Source: Antechinus flavipes
Taxonomy: Eukaryota
Direction of reading: 5' to 3'
Length of the DNA: 64,000 nt
Assembly (NCBI RefSeq): GCF_016432865.1
Contig: NC_067398.1
Span: 724,222,001 to 724,286,000 of the forward strand
Shown: positions 38,007 to 51,000 of the stretch, piece by piece
Numbering within the stretch: position 1 is the stretch's first letter
Layout of the letters: each line of letters begins with the position of its first letter
Notes under the pieces: generated by a model
Seen by the model: only the letters and a program-made list of their open reading frames with translations
The model's database searches: none
Told to the model about the DNA's origin: nothing
Program-made: the position numbers and the translations under genes

Positions 38007-38715
38007 CTGAAAGAAAGGAAAAGCAGAAATGCTTTTTCATTGGCTGAATAAGCTTTCCTGTACACTTGACTTTCCCCAATATTCCATATGTAATTAGCAC
38101 TAGAAACATTTTTCCATGTGAATTGAAATCAATGCTGATGATTTCTACAATTTCTTTGACTTCGCCAGACCTATTCTTTCATATAACCCAACAATATTTA
38201 TTAAATGAATATGTGAAAACCAATGCTGAAAATGTCAAATTAATGAAAACAGACACAACTGCTGATTCCCATATACCAACAGGAACAAAATAGCTTAAAG
38301 TGTTTTTTTAGGAAAATTCTCATCTAAAATCACACCTGGGGGAGTCCTGAGAGTGTCACCACTGGGTGCAAGAGGAAGCTCTGCGTCACTCTTACACTCT
38401 TGGCTTTCCAAAAAGGTAAAAGAAATTCAAAATTCCACCCACAGAGCAGCAGTACTGCGCATTCAGAAAGCACCAACAGAACTGAATCATTTCTATGTGT
38501 CCCACATGGACACATGGTAGGAAAGTCGCTACCAAGTGACTTTGGTATAAACAGGCAAAACATCCAAACAAACTAGAGGAGTGGAGGAACATTGCCTCCA
38601 AGATCTATGTGTGGGAGAAGGGTTCATGACCCAAAATGTCATGACCAGGATCAAAAGGTGCCCATTTTCAGGGGGTTCTCACACAGGAGTCACATACGCT
38701 GGCTCACTCACTCAC

Positions 38716-38811
38716 CTAACCAGCAAGCTCTTGAGACACTATGCATTGGGATCCCATGTGCTCTCCCTGACTCCAGCTGAGAGATCATGTTCCCATTGGA
38801 CTCCACAAGAC
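38716..38811 (-). CDS. KZNF gene B, KRAB-B exon (96 bp)
   Basis: GLVESNGNMISQLESG; AG/GT boundaries. Confidence 0.9.
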
Positions 38812-39153
38812 CTAGTCAAGAGAAAGTGATGGAAAGAAAGGGTTCACCTCACAGCCCAATCTCCAAAGACCCCTAGGAGCAAGCTTGAAAGGTTAGGGAG
38901 CCTGTGAAGAAGAAGGGGGATCTGGTTTGTTTCTTGGAAAGATGCAGAGATGGGACAAATCAGGGAATTGGGTTCAGAAAGACAAAGGACTCATTTGGTC
39001 CATACCATTCTGAGGTTTCAGGGGGCTTTCATGACTCAAGTCCTGGGACTTTAACAAATCTCTCTGGCAAGAAGGAACAAAGCTGTGGGTGGGGTGGGGG
39101 GAATCACACCAGGGAGAAATTAGTTTCCAGACACACAAAGCAAGAGCCCTTCA

Positions 39154-39420
<267 letters not shown>

Positions 39421-40545
39421 TCAGTCAAGGACAGGGAAAGCGAGAGGAAGGGCTGATTCTCACTCTATTCAAGGTTCAGAGAACATATTCAAAGCAAATT
39501 TTTTTCTCTTGCTTAGTTGTTATTTTTGTGATATATTATTTTTGCAGATACAAGGAAAGATGGTTTTCAAAATTCATTTTTGTAAGATTTTGAGGGACAA
39601 TTTTTTTCCTGTCCCCTTCTTCTCAAGACAAGAAGCAATCTCATATAAATTAAATCTATATAAGACTGAATATATACACAATCAATGAATATTGTTGGGG
39701 AAAATCATCAGAAAAAAAAGCAAAAACCCACAAGAAAAAAAAGTGAAAATACTACTTTGTTTGGTCCTCTTTCAGTCTCCAGATTTTTTTCTCTGGATAT
39801 GAATGACGTTTTCCAACCCAAGTCCATTGGAACTACCTGGGATCACCACATGGCTGAGAACTAAGTCTGGCCTAGCTGATCATTGCACAATCTGAAAGTA
39901 AAGCCTTTAGGAGGCTCAGACTGGGCCAGAGCCTGAATCAAGTAACAAATGAATCTCCTTTTCAAGTCAATAAGCATTCAGAAAAGTCTCCCCTGGGTCA
40001 AGCTCTGGGCTAATTCTTGGAGATACAAAAAAGGGCAAAAACAGTCCCTGACTCAGGGAGCTCCCAGTCCACTGGGGGAGACAACAAGCCCAGGAACAGT
40101 CCTGACTGGGGATGACAAGGCACTGAGCGCAGCTAAGGGGCAGGAGGGAAAGGCAGGGCTTGAGCTGAAGCTAGAACAATGAGCCAGAGACTCCATGAGA
40201 GATGAGATGGGGGGAGAAAAGCATTCCAGCCAGGGAGGGGGAACCAAGGCAGAGGAGATGGGGGGTCATGTGCAAGGAACAGAAACCGGGCGAGTCTGGG
40301 CGGACCCCAGGAAGCATGGAAGAGTCACACACTAACATATGGTGAAGGGCACAAGGGCAGAAGCAAAGCCATGAATGCAAATGGAGGATTTCATCTGTGA
40401 TCCTGGCCCACAGGAAGGGCTCAAACCACTGGGACCTGGTGACTGAAAGGTCTCAGGTGCTCTGAGGAGTGAGAGCTTTGGAGAAAGGGCCTGCCTGCCC
40501 TCTAGGACCTAGGACACCTCTCAGGAAGGGGATGGCGCTACTCAC

Positions 40546-40572
40546 CTGGCGGAGACTAATGGTGAGGAACAT
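40546..40572 (-). CDS. KZNF gene B, coding part of the start exon (exon 40546-40632): MFLTISLRQ
   Basis: The ATG used by A and C is AGG here; in-frame ATG 39 nt downstream with A at -3. Confidence 0.7.
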
Positions 40573-41139
40573 AGTGGCCAGGATGGACCTGCTCTTCTCT
40601 GTACGGGGCCTGTGGGGTTCCTGAAGGCTGAGCTAGAAAGGAACAAGGAGCCATGAACAGGGTTGGCCTTTTGCCCCTCCCAGCTCCCAAACCTCCCTCT
40701 GCTTTGGAGAACCCACAGTCCTCCCTGCTCACACAAACCCCAGGGGGAGGGCTTGTCTATTTCCTGAGCTCGGATCAACTGAACCTGCATTGATGAAATG
40801 CCTACTGTATACCTCCCTGCACTCCAGGCTGCCAGGACTGCCAGGGACAAAACAAAGTCTAGATTTTCTCTCCCCTTTAACTCCTGCAGAGCAGTCCTGG
40901 GAAACGGCTGGTCATGGGGGGAGGGGGGGGGATGTAGTGACATTTAGAAAGAAAATTAAGAGAGGACCCAGGATGGCGCTTTTGGGGAAGGCCAAGGAGG
41001 GGAGGCTGAAGCTCCTATCCCGGGCCATGGGAGAGAGGTCGGGGGAGAGGCTAGTGTGAAGACTAACAAGAAGGGAAAAGGGAATGTGGGAGCCAGAAAT
41101 CATCCGTGTCAGACAGAGGGATTTCGGGAGTGGAGGGGG

Positions 41140-42060
41140 AAAGAGGAGAAAGAGAATATGGGAGAGGAAGAAGGCGGGAGAAGACGAAAATCAAAGGGGC
41201 AAAAAAAGAGGTGAGAAAGGAAGGGAGAAAGAAAGGGACTCGGAGCAGAAAGGAAGGAGGGGAGGGGCGGTCCCTGCAAGATCCACGAGCCTTTGCCCCA
41301 TTTCACAGACCAGACAACTGAGGTAAGGAGGGGGAACAAAAGCCAGGGAGGGGCGGGGGTGGGGGTCCCAGGCCCCTCACCTTGTCCCGGACCCAGGACC
41401 AGCGTTGCCGTAGAGACTCGAGTGGCCTACGTGACGCCTTCTAGATAGAGGATCTAGAAGCAAGTTCCACGACAACATTGTCGCTCACTGGGCTGGGGGC
41501 GCACCTATTGGCTGGCTGCTGGAGGCGGGGTGTTCTTAGACCCCCGCCCTTCTCGGTAGGTTGCCTTGGAGGAAGGGGAAATTCCCACCTTTCAAACACA
41601 TATTCTCTTCCGTGCCGCATGTGAACCTTTGAGCCAATCAGAGACGCCCCGCGGCCACTATCCCGCCCCCAGGCGCCCCTCCAGCGCCCCCTTCACTCCT
41701 CATACCACTTTTTCGGGGAAGACAAGCGCGCGTGGTTTTGTTCTGCGATTCTCGGGGTGGCTCGAGGCTGAGTCACCAAGAGCGGGGGCGGGGGCGGGGG
41801 TGGGCGGGGTGATGCTGCTCCCCAGGAAGGAGGAGGCAGAGCCACAGGGCCGCGTGTCCAGGATTTTTCTTTAAACAGGCATTTAGGGGCTACAAATGTG
41901 TCCAATAGCTTCAGTTGTGCAGAGCCGCAATAACCCCGTTATACGGAACAACGCCATTGGCACAAACAGCCATAAAATATACATAATAACCGTATTGACA
42001 CAATAACCACGCAGCTACGTAACAGCCCATTGACGCGTAAGAACGCCGCGGACACGTGGT
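41140..42060 (-). promoter_or_regulatory. Gene B CpG-island promoter and exon 1 (ends at 41381, AAG|GTGAGG)
   Basis: CCAAT at ~41634, GC boxes, 19-bp repeat block 41920-42060. Confidence 0.85.
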
Positions 42061-43098
42061 ACACTAGGGCTTTGTGGTTGAGCCCCTAAAGCTCCAGGCC
42101 CGACGGGACTCACACTCTCGGAAGCGCGGCCCTGTTCCGCTTAGCGCGCTGACGCTCGCCGACAGCCATCAAGTCCCCGCCCCCGCCAAGGCTGATTCAC
42201 GGGATTAGGGGACAGAGGCGGACAGAGAGGGACGCGGGGGCGAGACCGGAGCTGAGCCCGGCTCCCCTCCCCTCCCCCACTTCCCCTCCCTCCTCTCCAA
42301 CCCCCTGACTCCGGACTTCAGGTTCAGCCTTTCCCCTCGCCAGCAAACCGCGGCCTCGGCCTTTCCCACACCGACCCTCCCCCCGCATCTCAAACAAGCG
42401 TCATCTTGTAGTTGCAGCGCCCCCCCGGGGTGGGAGGAGAATAGGCAGGTCCTGCCGCCCTCCCCATCCCCCGGCCGCAGCCTTTCTGCTGCATTTCCTT
42501 CCATTTGTTCTTCGGGGCCACTGCAGCCTCGCCAAGGGCGGCTCTTGACGTCAGGAAAAGCAGCCCCTGACCCAGGAGGAGAGGGAACATTTCCAAAGCG
42601 CTGTTGGATCGGGGCAGTAACGGGGAGCCACGGGCGGGCCCTGAAGAGTGGGGTGACCTAAGCAGAACGGGCTTAAGGAGGTCGTGGTCACGGCTGGGGG
42701 AGGGAGGGCTCCGGGGGAGACCGAGGCCCGAGCACTGGGGGAAGGAGAGTCATAGCAGACCATGAGCATCCAACAAAAACCCATTTGCGATTCCGGGGGT
42801 CCTTCCCTGAGCCCTCGGGACCGGTCCCTGCCTCGGAAGAGCCGCTCACCCCGCTGGGGAAGAGGACGTCCCCCCGAGGGTGCTCAGAGACCGCGCGCCC
42901 CGTCCCAGCTCTCCCTCCAGCTCAGCCTCGGCCTGGAGCTTTTTGTAGCTGGAGAATTTCCCAGAGGGCGTAGCTGCTCTCCATGGCATTCTGTTCCCAT
43001 TAAAGGAGCTTGAAACAGGGCTCAGAACTCAAGGTAAAAGGCAGGGAAGCACTCAGCGCGGTTTCACTCCATTGGAGACTGGGAAAGCTCCAGATTAT
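42030..43098. promoter_or_regulatory. Upstream CpG-rich module, copy 2
   Basis: Near-identical to 821-1901. Confidence 0.6.
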
Positions 43099-43099
43099 A

Positions 43100-43740
43100 G
43101 GCCCTTATGCAGGGGAACGTGACACCCTGAAGCTGACATACAATACCATTGACCCAAGTTTCCATAAATCCTCAGCCCCCACAGTGCCAGATCTCCAACT
43201 TTGTGCATAGGCTTATGTTGTGCTCCTGCCATTTCTCCTGGAGTTGTTCCTGGCCCTTCAGAAGCCACAGTGGTTCTCAGGCAGAGGACTGAGTTTTGGG
43301 GGAAGGATCAGCTCCTGGGGAGATCTCTGGCCAGATTCTTGCCAACAGCCACTAAGGGACAGACGCACTCTCTGATTGTGACAGGACAGCTTATCCCCTT
43401 TGTCTCTATGGAAATGGACAGCGGAGACATCCTTGAACCCAGAACATTCCAGTCAGCTTCCACATGAGCAGTAGACGCCCCACTTTGTAAACCTCAGTTG
43501 GAGTAAAACCAGCTCCAGGCGCTTTGCCACTAATCACATTCAAAACCTCTTCTTCAGCGGGAACTTCAGGTAGGGAAAGGTTGACTTCAATCCAAGGTAA
43601 ACAGTCCTTAGTTTCCCCAGGGATCAGTGGCAATCTGTGGAAAAGATGATGCAAGTGTTTAGTCCATCTCTCCAGGATCATGTCCTTATCACTAACTGAC
43701 AGAGATAAGGACATAGTCCTAAAGGAACAGGGAGCCATGG
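43100..43740 (-). mobile_element. RTE-clade LINE fragment
   Basis: ILERW..H..EEV....SGKAPG...P.EVYK endonuclease/RT linker motif. Confidence 0.7.
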
Positions 43741-44700
43741 AGGTTCTAGAGCAAGGGAGTGACCTGGTCAGATCTATCCCTTAGAGATGTGTTTGGCAAT
43801 TGTGTGGAAAATGTAGGGGAAGGAGGAGAGACTGGATGTGGAAAGGCCAGTTAGTGGATTATCTTGGTATCTTAGGATCCTCGATTTCTGACAGGAAGGA
43901 CCCCAAAAGCCATTTAGTTAAACTGCTTCCATTTCCACATGAAGACCCAGGATTCACCTGGGGTGCTGAAACAGCAGAGGTAGTGAGCATCAGAGAGGGA
44001 TTTGAACCCAGAACTCCCCTTTGCCCCGCGGCATAGGACAGCTTATAAACGTCCAGGAGAGTTTGTTTCACCAGAATCACCAGGGTGGGGGTGGGGGAAG
44101 TGAATGGAGAGCGCAGTCTCTGGGGCAAGAGCTCCCTCCTTGCTCTGATTCCTCGAGCTCCCGGGAGCAGCTGCTGTCGCTGCCACAGACTCATCCATGA
44201 CCAGGGAGATGCTATGGGGAAAAAGACAGGGCTCTGGTTTTTTCCCATGGGAGGAGTAAGAGCAATGCTGGCCCAGGTGCTGCCCTGTACCCCTCCTCAT
44301 CTCCCCCGCCTCGGCCTGGGTTCCTTCAAGGTCCACCTAAAACCGGGTGCTCCAGTAGTGGTTCTAGGAGGGCTGCTGCTCAGTCTCAGACACCAACTAG
44401 CAGTGTGTCCCTGGATAGTTCACTTTACCATGTTTGCCTCAATATTCTCATCTGTAAAATGAGCTTCAGGAAGAACCGGTGCTCTATCTACCACCCTACC
44501 TGGCCCTCCTAGGATTTCCTGTGAGTACATAAGGAGGAAAGAGCAGGGCGGGCTGCTGCACACAGAGAAACCCAGCAGCCTTCGTCCCTCATCTTCTCAA
44601 GCTGCTGGTCCTTCCTCACTCAGCTGAGGAAGAAGCAAAATGTTAGGGCTCGGTAATCCATGTTTGTAAGAAAACCACAAAATGATGCCACTGGAGGGTC

Positions 44701-45078
44701 TTAGGATGAGGAATGTCACAGCTAGAAGGGGCCTGAGAACAGGGAATATCAGAGGTGGGAAAGCTCTTGGAACAGGGAATGTCAAAGGTGGGAGAGTTCT
44801 TAGAACAGGGGATGTCAGAGGTGAGAGAGTTCTTGGAACAGGGAATGTCAGAGCTGGGAGGGTTCTTAAAACATGGAATATCAGAGGTGGGAGAGCTCTT
44901 AGAACAGGGAATGTCAGAGGTGAGAGAGTTCTTGGAATAGGGAATGTCAGAGCTGGGAGGGTTCTTAGAACAGGGAATGTCAGAGCTGGGAGGGTTCTTA
45001 GAACAGGGAATATCAGAGGTGGGAGAGCTCTTAGAACAGGGAATGTCAGGTGGGAAGGTTCTTAGAACAGGGAATGTC
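44701..45078. repeat. 33-bp minisatellite, ~12 copies (cttagaacagggaatgtcagaggtgggagagtt); ~2 more copies at 52563-52620
   Basis: Direct reading of the tandem units. Confidence 0.95.
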
Positions 45079-48000
45079 GATGAGAGTAACTGTGTATGTG
45101 GGGGGGGGGGAAGGGGAGGCAAAGCTAAAATGGCGGAGAAGGCACACTACTTTCTAAACTCCTCTTATTCCCGCATAATCAACTATTTAATCCAGCCTCA
45201 AAAATAGCTCTTCTCTGCTTAAATTCATGAAGATTAGAAGCACACAATTTACCAGCCTAAATCAATCTGGAAGCTCGCCAGGAAAGGTTTGTCCTGAGGG
45301 GCCAGGAACAGACTAGCACAGGCAGCGAGAGACTAGCGTCCTGAGCAGACCAGGGGAGGAGGTGATGTCTGTAGTTAGAGAAGTTATAGGAACCACTCTG
45401 CTATAGGCTAACTGCTCTGCCTTCACTACAAAGCAGTAAACTGGCAGAGAAATTAAAGCCTAAAACAGAGGTTACTCTTAAAAAAAACGCCAGAACCTAA
45501 CAAGATCTGGCTGTAACCATCCAAACCCGGAAGTGATTCAGGCAGACTTTAACGCAGCCCTGCAGCCACATCCTGCAGTTGGGAGCTTTTGTGGGGGCAG
45601 TAACAAATCTGCACAGCAGGGGGGCACAGCCTGGGCAGCCTCTAATCGGCACAGTGGGGGGCTCGGCCTGGGGCAATAGAACTTCCCCAGCAGACTGTGC
45701 TTCCGGGGCAGACACATCCAGTCCCTGCAAATCCATTCACTCTCAACTGCTAATACCCACAGCCCCAGGGCAGGCTTTGGCTTGGGTAGTAGTAGTGTAC
45801 TCTCTTGCATAGCTTTTCTTTCCTTTCCCCATTTCTCTTCTAGCTCTCTTTTAAGGTGTTTGTCTCCTGTAGGAGAGCCTTTTGTATTGGGGACCAATAA
45901 TTGTCTGGAGACTGTCTGCTATTAGTCTCTTCAGGGTTGAAAAGCTGTTCTCTTTCTGTATAGAAACTATCAATCATTCTTTTGATTTTTTTACTCATTT
46001 TGTTAAAGCCAGGTCTGCCTTCAGAGCCAGGAGTAGCGAAACTCTCACTGCTCAGTATCTAGCCCCAGGGCAGTCGTTATCTCACACAACTGGGATTCTT
46101 TGCAGGGCACTTTCCCAGCTCCACCCTGAAGGCCTGAGTTACTCCCCAGTGGGGAACTCTTGCCCAGAGCACTCCAGTACCTCACTGCTTTTTGTAGCCG
46201 GCTGGCAGGACAGCTACCTGTCCATACACCTTTCACTGCTCTGCAGAGGAAGCTGGTAACCTCCTGGCTCTGAAGGCAGACCTGGCTTTAACAAAATGAG
46301 TAAAAAAATCAAAAGAATGATTGATAGTTTCTATACAGAAAGAGAACAGCTTTTCAACCCTGAAGAGACTAATAGCAGACAGTCTCCAGACAATTATTGG
46401 TCCCCAATACAAAAGGCTCTCCTACAGGAGACAAACACCTTAAAAGAGAGCTAGAAGAGAAATGGGGAAAGGAAAGAAAAGCTATGCAAGAGAGTACAAA
46501 AAAGGCATATAACTCACTAAAAGAAAAATTGGATAAAGTGGAAAAAGAACTGAAATGTGAATTGGAAAAGGTAAAAAAACTCCCAAGAAATGCAGGGAAA
46601 CAGAATCTGTGAATTGGAAAAAGAAAATAACTCACTAAAAAAAAAAAAAATTAGTGAAATGGAAAAAAATTCCATAGAGCAAAATAACTCAATTGGACAT
46701 ATACAACAAGAAGTTAAAAAAAAAAAAAAAACTAATGAAGAAAATAACTCATTAAAAATCAGAACTGAACAAATAGAAATGACTGATTCATTGAGACATC
46801 AAGAATCAGTCAAGCAAAACCCAAAAAAAATAAAAGATTGGAAAAAAATGTCAAATATTTACTTGGAAAAACAACAGACCTGGAAAATAGATCTAGGAGA
46901 GATAACCTGAGGATCATTGGACTACCCAAAAAAATATGATTAAAAAAAGTGCCTAGATACTATTTTACAGGAAATCATCAAAGAGAACTGCCCAGAAGTA
47001 ATAGAACCAGAAGGGAAAATAGGTATTGAAAGATTCATCGAACACCTTCTGGAAAATATCCTAAAATAAAGACTCTGAGGAATATTGTGACCAAACTTCA
47101 GAATCTTCAGACTAAAGAAAAAATTTTACAAGCAGCCAGGAAAAAACAGTTCAAATACTGAGATGCCACAATAAGGGTCACACAAGATTTGGCTGCCCCA
47201 ACATTAAAGGATGGAAGGGCCTGGAATCAGATTTTCTGAAAGGCAAAATAACTTGGAATGAAGCCAAGAATAAACTACCCAGCTAAGCTGAGTATTTTTT
47301 CCCATGGAAGAAGATGGACATTTAATGAAACAGAGGAATTCCATTTGTTTCTAAGGAAAAAACCAGACAAACAAAAAATTTGATCTCCAACAACAGGACT
47401 CAAGAGAAGTAGAAAAAGGTAAAAGGAACTCTTGAGAACTGTATTTCTGTTATGAATATACATAAAAACCATATGTATAATTTGACTTTACCGATATAAC
47501 GTAAAAAAGGGAAGTTGAAATAGAAAGGGGATAGTGTCAGAAAAAGGGAAAAGGGGAGATAAAAAGAGCAAAACTACATGCGACGATGAGGCAAAGGAAA
47601 CCTATCATATCTGAGGGAACTTAGAGAGGGGGAGGAACATTATGTGAATCCTACTCTCATCACAGTTGGCTCAAAGAGGAAATAATTGACATTTGTTTTA
47701 CAGAGATTCTTTTCTCACTTCATTAAAAAGTGGGAGAGGAAAAGGGAAAAGAAAAAAGAGTAATAAGAGAAGGGTACAAGAAAGGGGAAGGGATTCAAAG
47801 GGAGGAGAGAGGGATACTAAAGAGGGAGAGCTGCATGACGCAAGTGGGACCAATAAGTTTAATACTAGGGAAGAAGAGAAGGAGGGCAAGAAAAAGAAAA
47901 GTATAATTTGGCGATATTAGGATGGCAGGAAATACAGAATTAGTAATTTTAACCATAAATGTGAATGGGATGAACTCTCCCATAAAGAGGAGGTGGATAG

Positions 48001-51000
48001 CAGACTGGATCAAAAGTCAGAACCCTACAATATGTTGTTTACAGGAAACACATTTAAAACAGGGAGATACATACAGAATAAAGGTAAAAGGCTGGAGCAG
48101 AATCTATTATGCTTCAGGTGAAGTCAAAAAAGCAGGGGTAGCCATACTTATCTCAGATCAAGCAAAAGCAAAAATTGATATAATTAAAAGATATAAGGAA
48201 AAAACTATATCTTGCTAATGGGTACTATAGACAATGAAGCAATATCAGTATTAAACATATATGCACCAAGTGGTATAGCATCTAATTTCGTAAAGGAGAA
48301 GTTAAGAGAGTTGTGAGAAGAAATAGACAGCAAAACTACAATAGTGGGAGATCTAAATCTTGCACTCTCAGATTTAGATAAATCAAATAACAAAAAAAAT
48401 AAGAAAGAAATTAAAGAGGTAAATAGAATATTAGAAAAATTAGGTATGATAGATCTCTGAAGAACACTGAATGGTGACAGAAAGGAGTATACTTTCTTCT
48501 CAGCAGTTCATGGAACCTACACAAAAATTGACCATATATTAGGACATAAAGACCTCAAAATTAAATGCAGGAAGGCAGAAATCGTAAATGCTTTCTTTTC
48601 AGACCACAATGCAATAAAAACTACATTCAACAAAAAGTTAGGTGTAAATAGACCAAAAAGTAATTGGAAACTAAATAATCTCATCTTAAAGAATGATTGG
48701 GTGAAACAGGAAATTATAGACACAATTAATAATTTCACTCAAGATAATGACAACAATGAGACATCATATCAAAATTTATGGGATGCAGCCAAAGCAATAA
48801 TAAGGGGAAATTTTATATCCTTAGAAGCTTACTTGAATAAAATAGAAAAAGAGAAGATCAATGAATTGGGCCTGCAACTTAAAAAGTTAGAAAAAGACCA
48901 AATTAAAACCCCCCAATCAATTACTAAACTTTGAAACTAAAATTAAAAGAAGAAATTAATAATATAGAAAGTAAAAAAACTATTGAACTAATAAATAAAA
49001 CTAAGAGTTGGTTTTATAAAAAAAAATAAAATTGATAAACCTTTGGTAAATCTGATTAGAAAAAGAGGGAAATCAAATTAGTAGTCTTAAAAATGAAAAG
49101 GGAGAACTTTCCACCAATGAAGAGGAAATTAAAGAAATAATAAGGGGTTACTTTGCCTAACTTTATGCCAATAAATTTTATAACCTAAGTGAAATGGATG
49201 ACTTAGTAATTTTAACCGTAAATGTGAATGGGATAAACTCTCCCATAAAGAGGAGGTGGATAGCAAACTGGATCAAAATATAGGTTTCCCAGATTATCCT
49301 CTTATTTATAAATATAGGCTTCCCAGATTATTAGAGGAGGAAATAAATTGCTTAAATAATCCTATTTCAGAAAAAGAAATAGAACAAGCTATTAATCAAC
49401 TCCCTAAAAAAAAAAATCCCCAGGACCAGATGGATTTACATGTGAATTCTACCAAACATTCAAAGAACAATTAGCCCCAATGCTTTATAAACTATTTGAA
49501 AAAATAGGGAATGAAGGAGTCCTACCAAATTCCTTTTATGACACAGACATGATACTGATACCTAAACCAGGTAGGTTGAAAACAAAGAAAATTATAGACC
49601 AATCTCCCTAATGAATATCGATGCTAAAATCTTAAATAAGATATTAGCAAAAAGACTACAGAAAATCATCCCCAGTATAATACACCACGATCAAGTAGGA
49701 TTTATATCAGGAATGCAGGGCTGGTTCAATATTAGGAAAACTATCAGTATAATTGGCCATATTAATAATCAAATTAACAAAAACCATATGATCATCTCAC
49801 TAGATGCAGAAAAAGCATTTGATAAAATCCAACATCCATTCCTATTAAAAACTCTTGAGAGTATAGGAATAAATGGACTTTTCCTTAAAATAATCGGTAG
49901 CATCTATTTAAAACCAGCAGTAAGCATCATATGTAATGGGGACAAACTGCAACCATTCCCAATAAGATCAGGAGTGAAACAAGGTTTGCCCACTATCACT
50001 GTTACTATTTAATATTGTATTAGAAATGCTAGCTTTGGCAATAAGAGTTGAGAAAAAGATTAAAGGAATAAGAATAGGCAATGAGGAAACCAAATTATCA
50101 CTCTTTGCTGATGATATGATGGTATACTTAAAGAACTCCAGAGATTCTACTAAAAAGTTATTAGAAACACTTTTAGCAAAGTTGCAGGATACAAAATAAA
50201 CCCACATAAGTCATCAGCATTCTTATATATCACCAACAAAACCCAACAGTTAGTTACAAAGAGAAATTCCATTTAAAGTATTTACTGATTGTATAAAATA
50301 TTTAGGAATCTATCTGCCGAGGGAAAATCAGAAACTTTATGAGCAAAACTACAAAACACTTTCCACACAAATTAAGTCTGATCTAACCAACTGGAAAAAT
50401 ATTAAATGCTGTTGGATTGGGCGAGCAAATATAATAAAGATGACAATACTACCTAAATTAATATATTTATTTAGCGCTATACCAATCAGGCTTTCAAAAA
50501 ATTATTTTGATGACCTAGAAAAATAACAACAAAGTTCATATGGAAAAACAAAAGATCAAGAATTTCAAGGAAATTAATGAAAAAAAATCAAATGAAGGTG
50601 GCCTAGCTGTACCAGATGTAAAATTATATTATAAAGCAGCAGTTACTAAAACCATCTGGTATTGGCTAAGAAATAGACTAGTTGATCAATGGAATAGGTT
50701 AGGTTCAAAGGACAAAACAGCCAATAACTTTAATAATATAGTGTTTGACAAACCCAAAGACGCATTATTTGACAAAAATTGCTCAGAAAATTGGAAATTA
50801 GTATGACAGAAACTAGGCATTCACCCACACCTAACACCGTACACCAAGATAAGGTCAAAATGGGTTCATGATCTAGGAATAAAGAATGAGATTAAAAATA
50901 AATTGGAAGAACATAGGATAGTTTACCTCTCAGACCTGTGGAAGAGGGAGGAACTTATGACCAAAGAAGAATTAGAGATCACTATTGACCACAAAATAGA

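Noticed and set aside
41920-42060. CMV-enhancer vector contamination (cccattgacg-like 19-bp units)
   Set aside because: Only a short partial resemblance; the repeat is degenerate and present at the paralogous position of every unit
44701-45078. CRISPR-like array and the long ORFs 44643-45122, 44682-45065
   Set aside because: Contiguous tandem units with no unique spacers in eukaryotic DNA; the ORFs result from a 33-bp (multiple of 3) repeat
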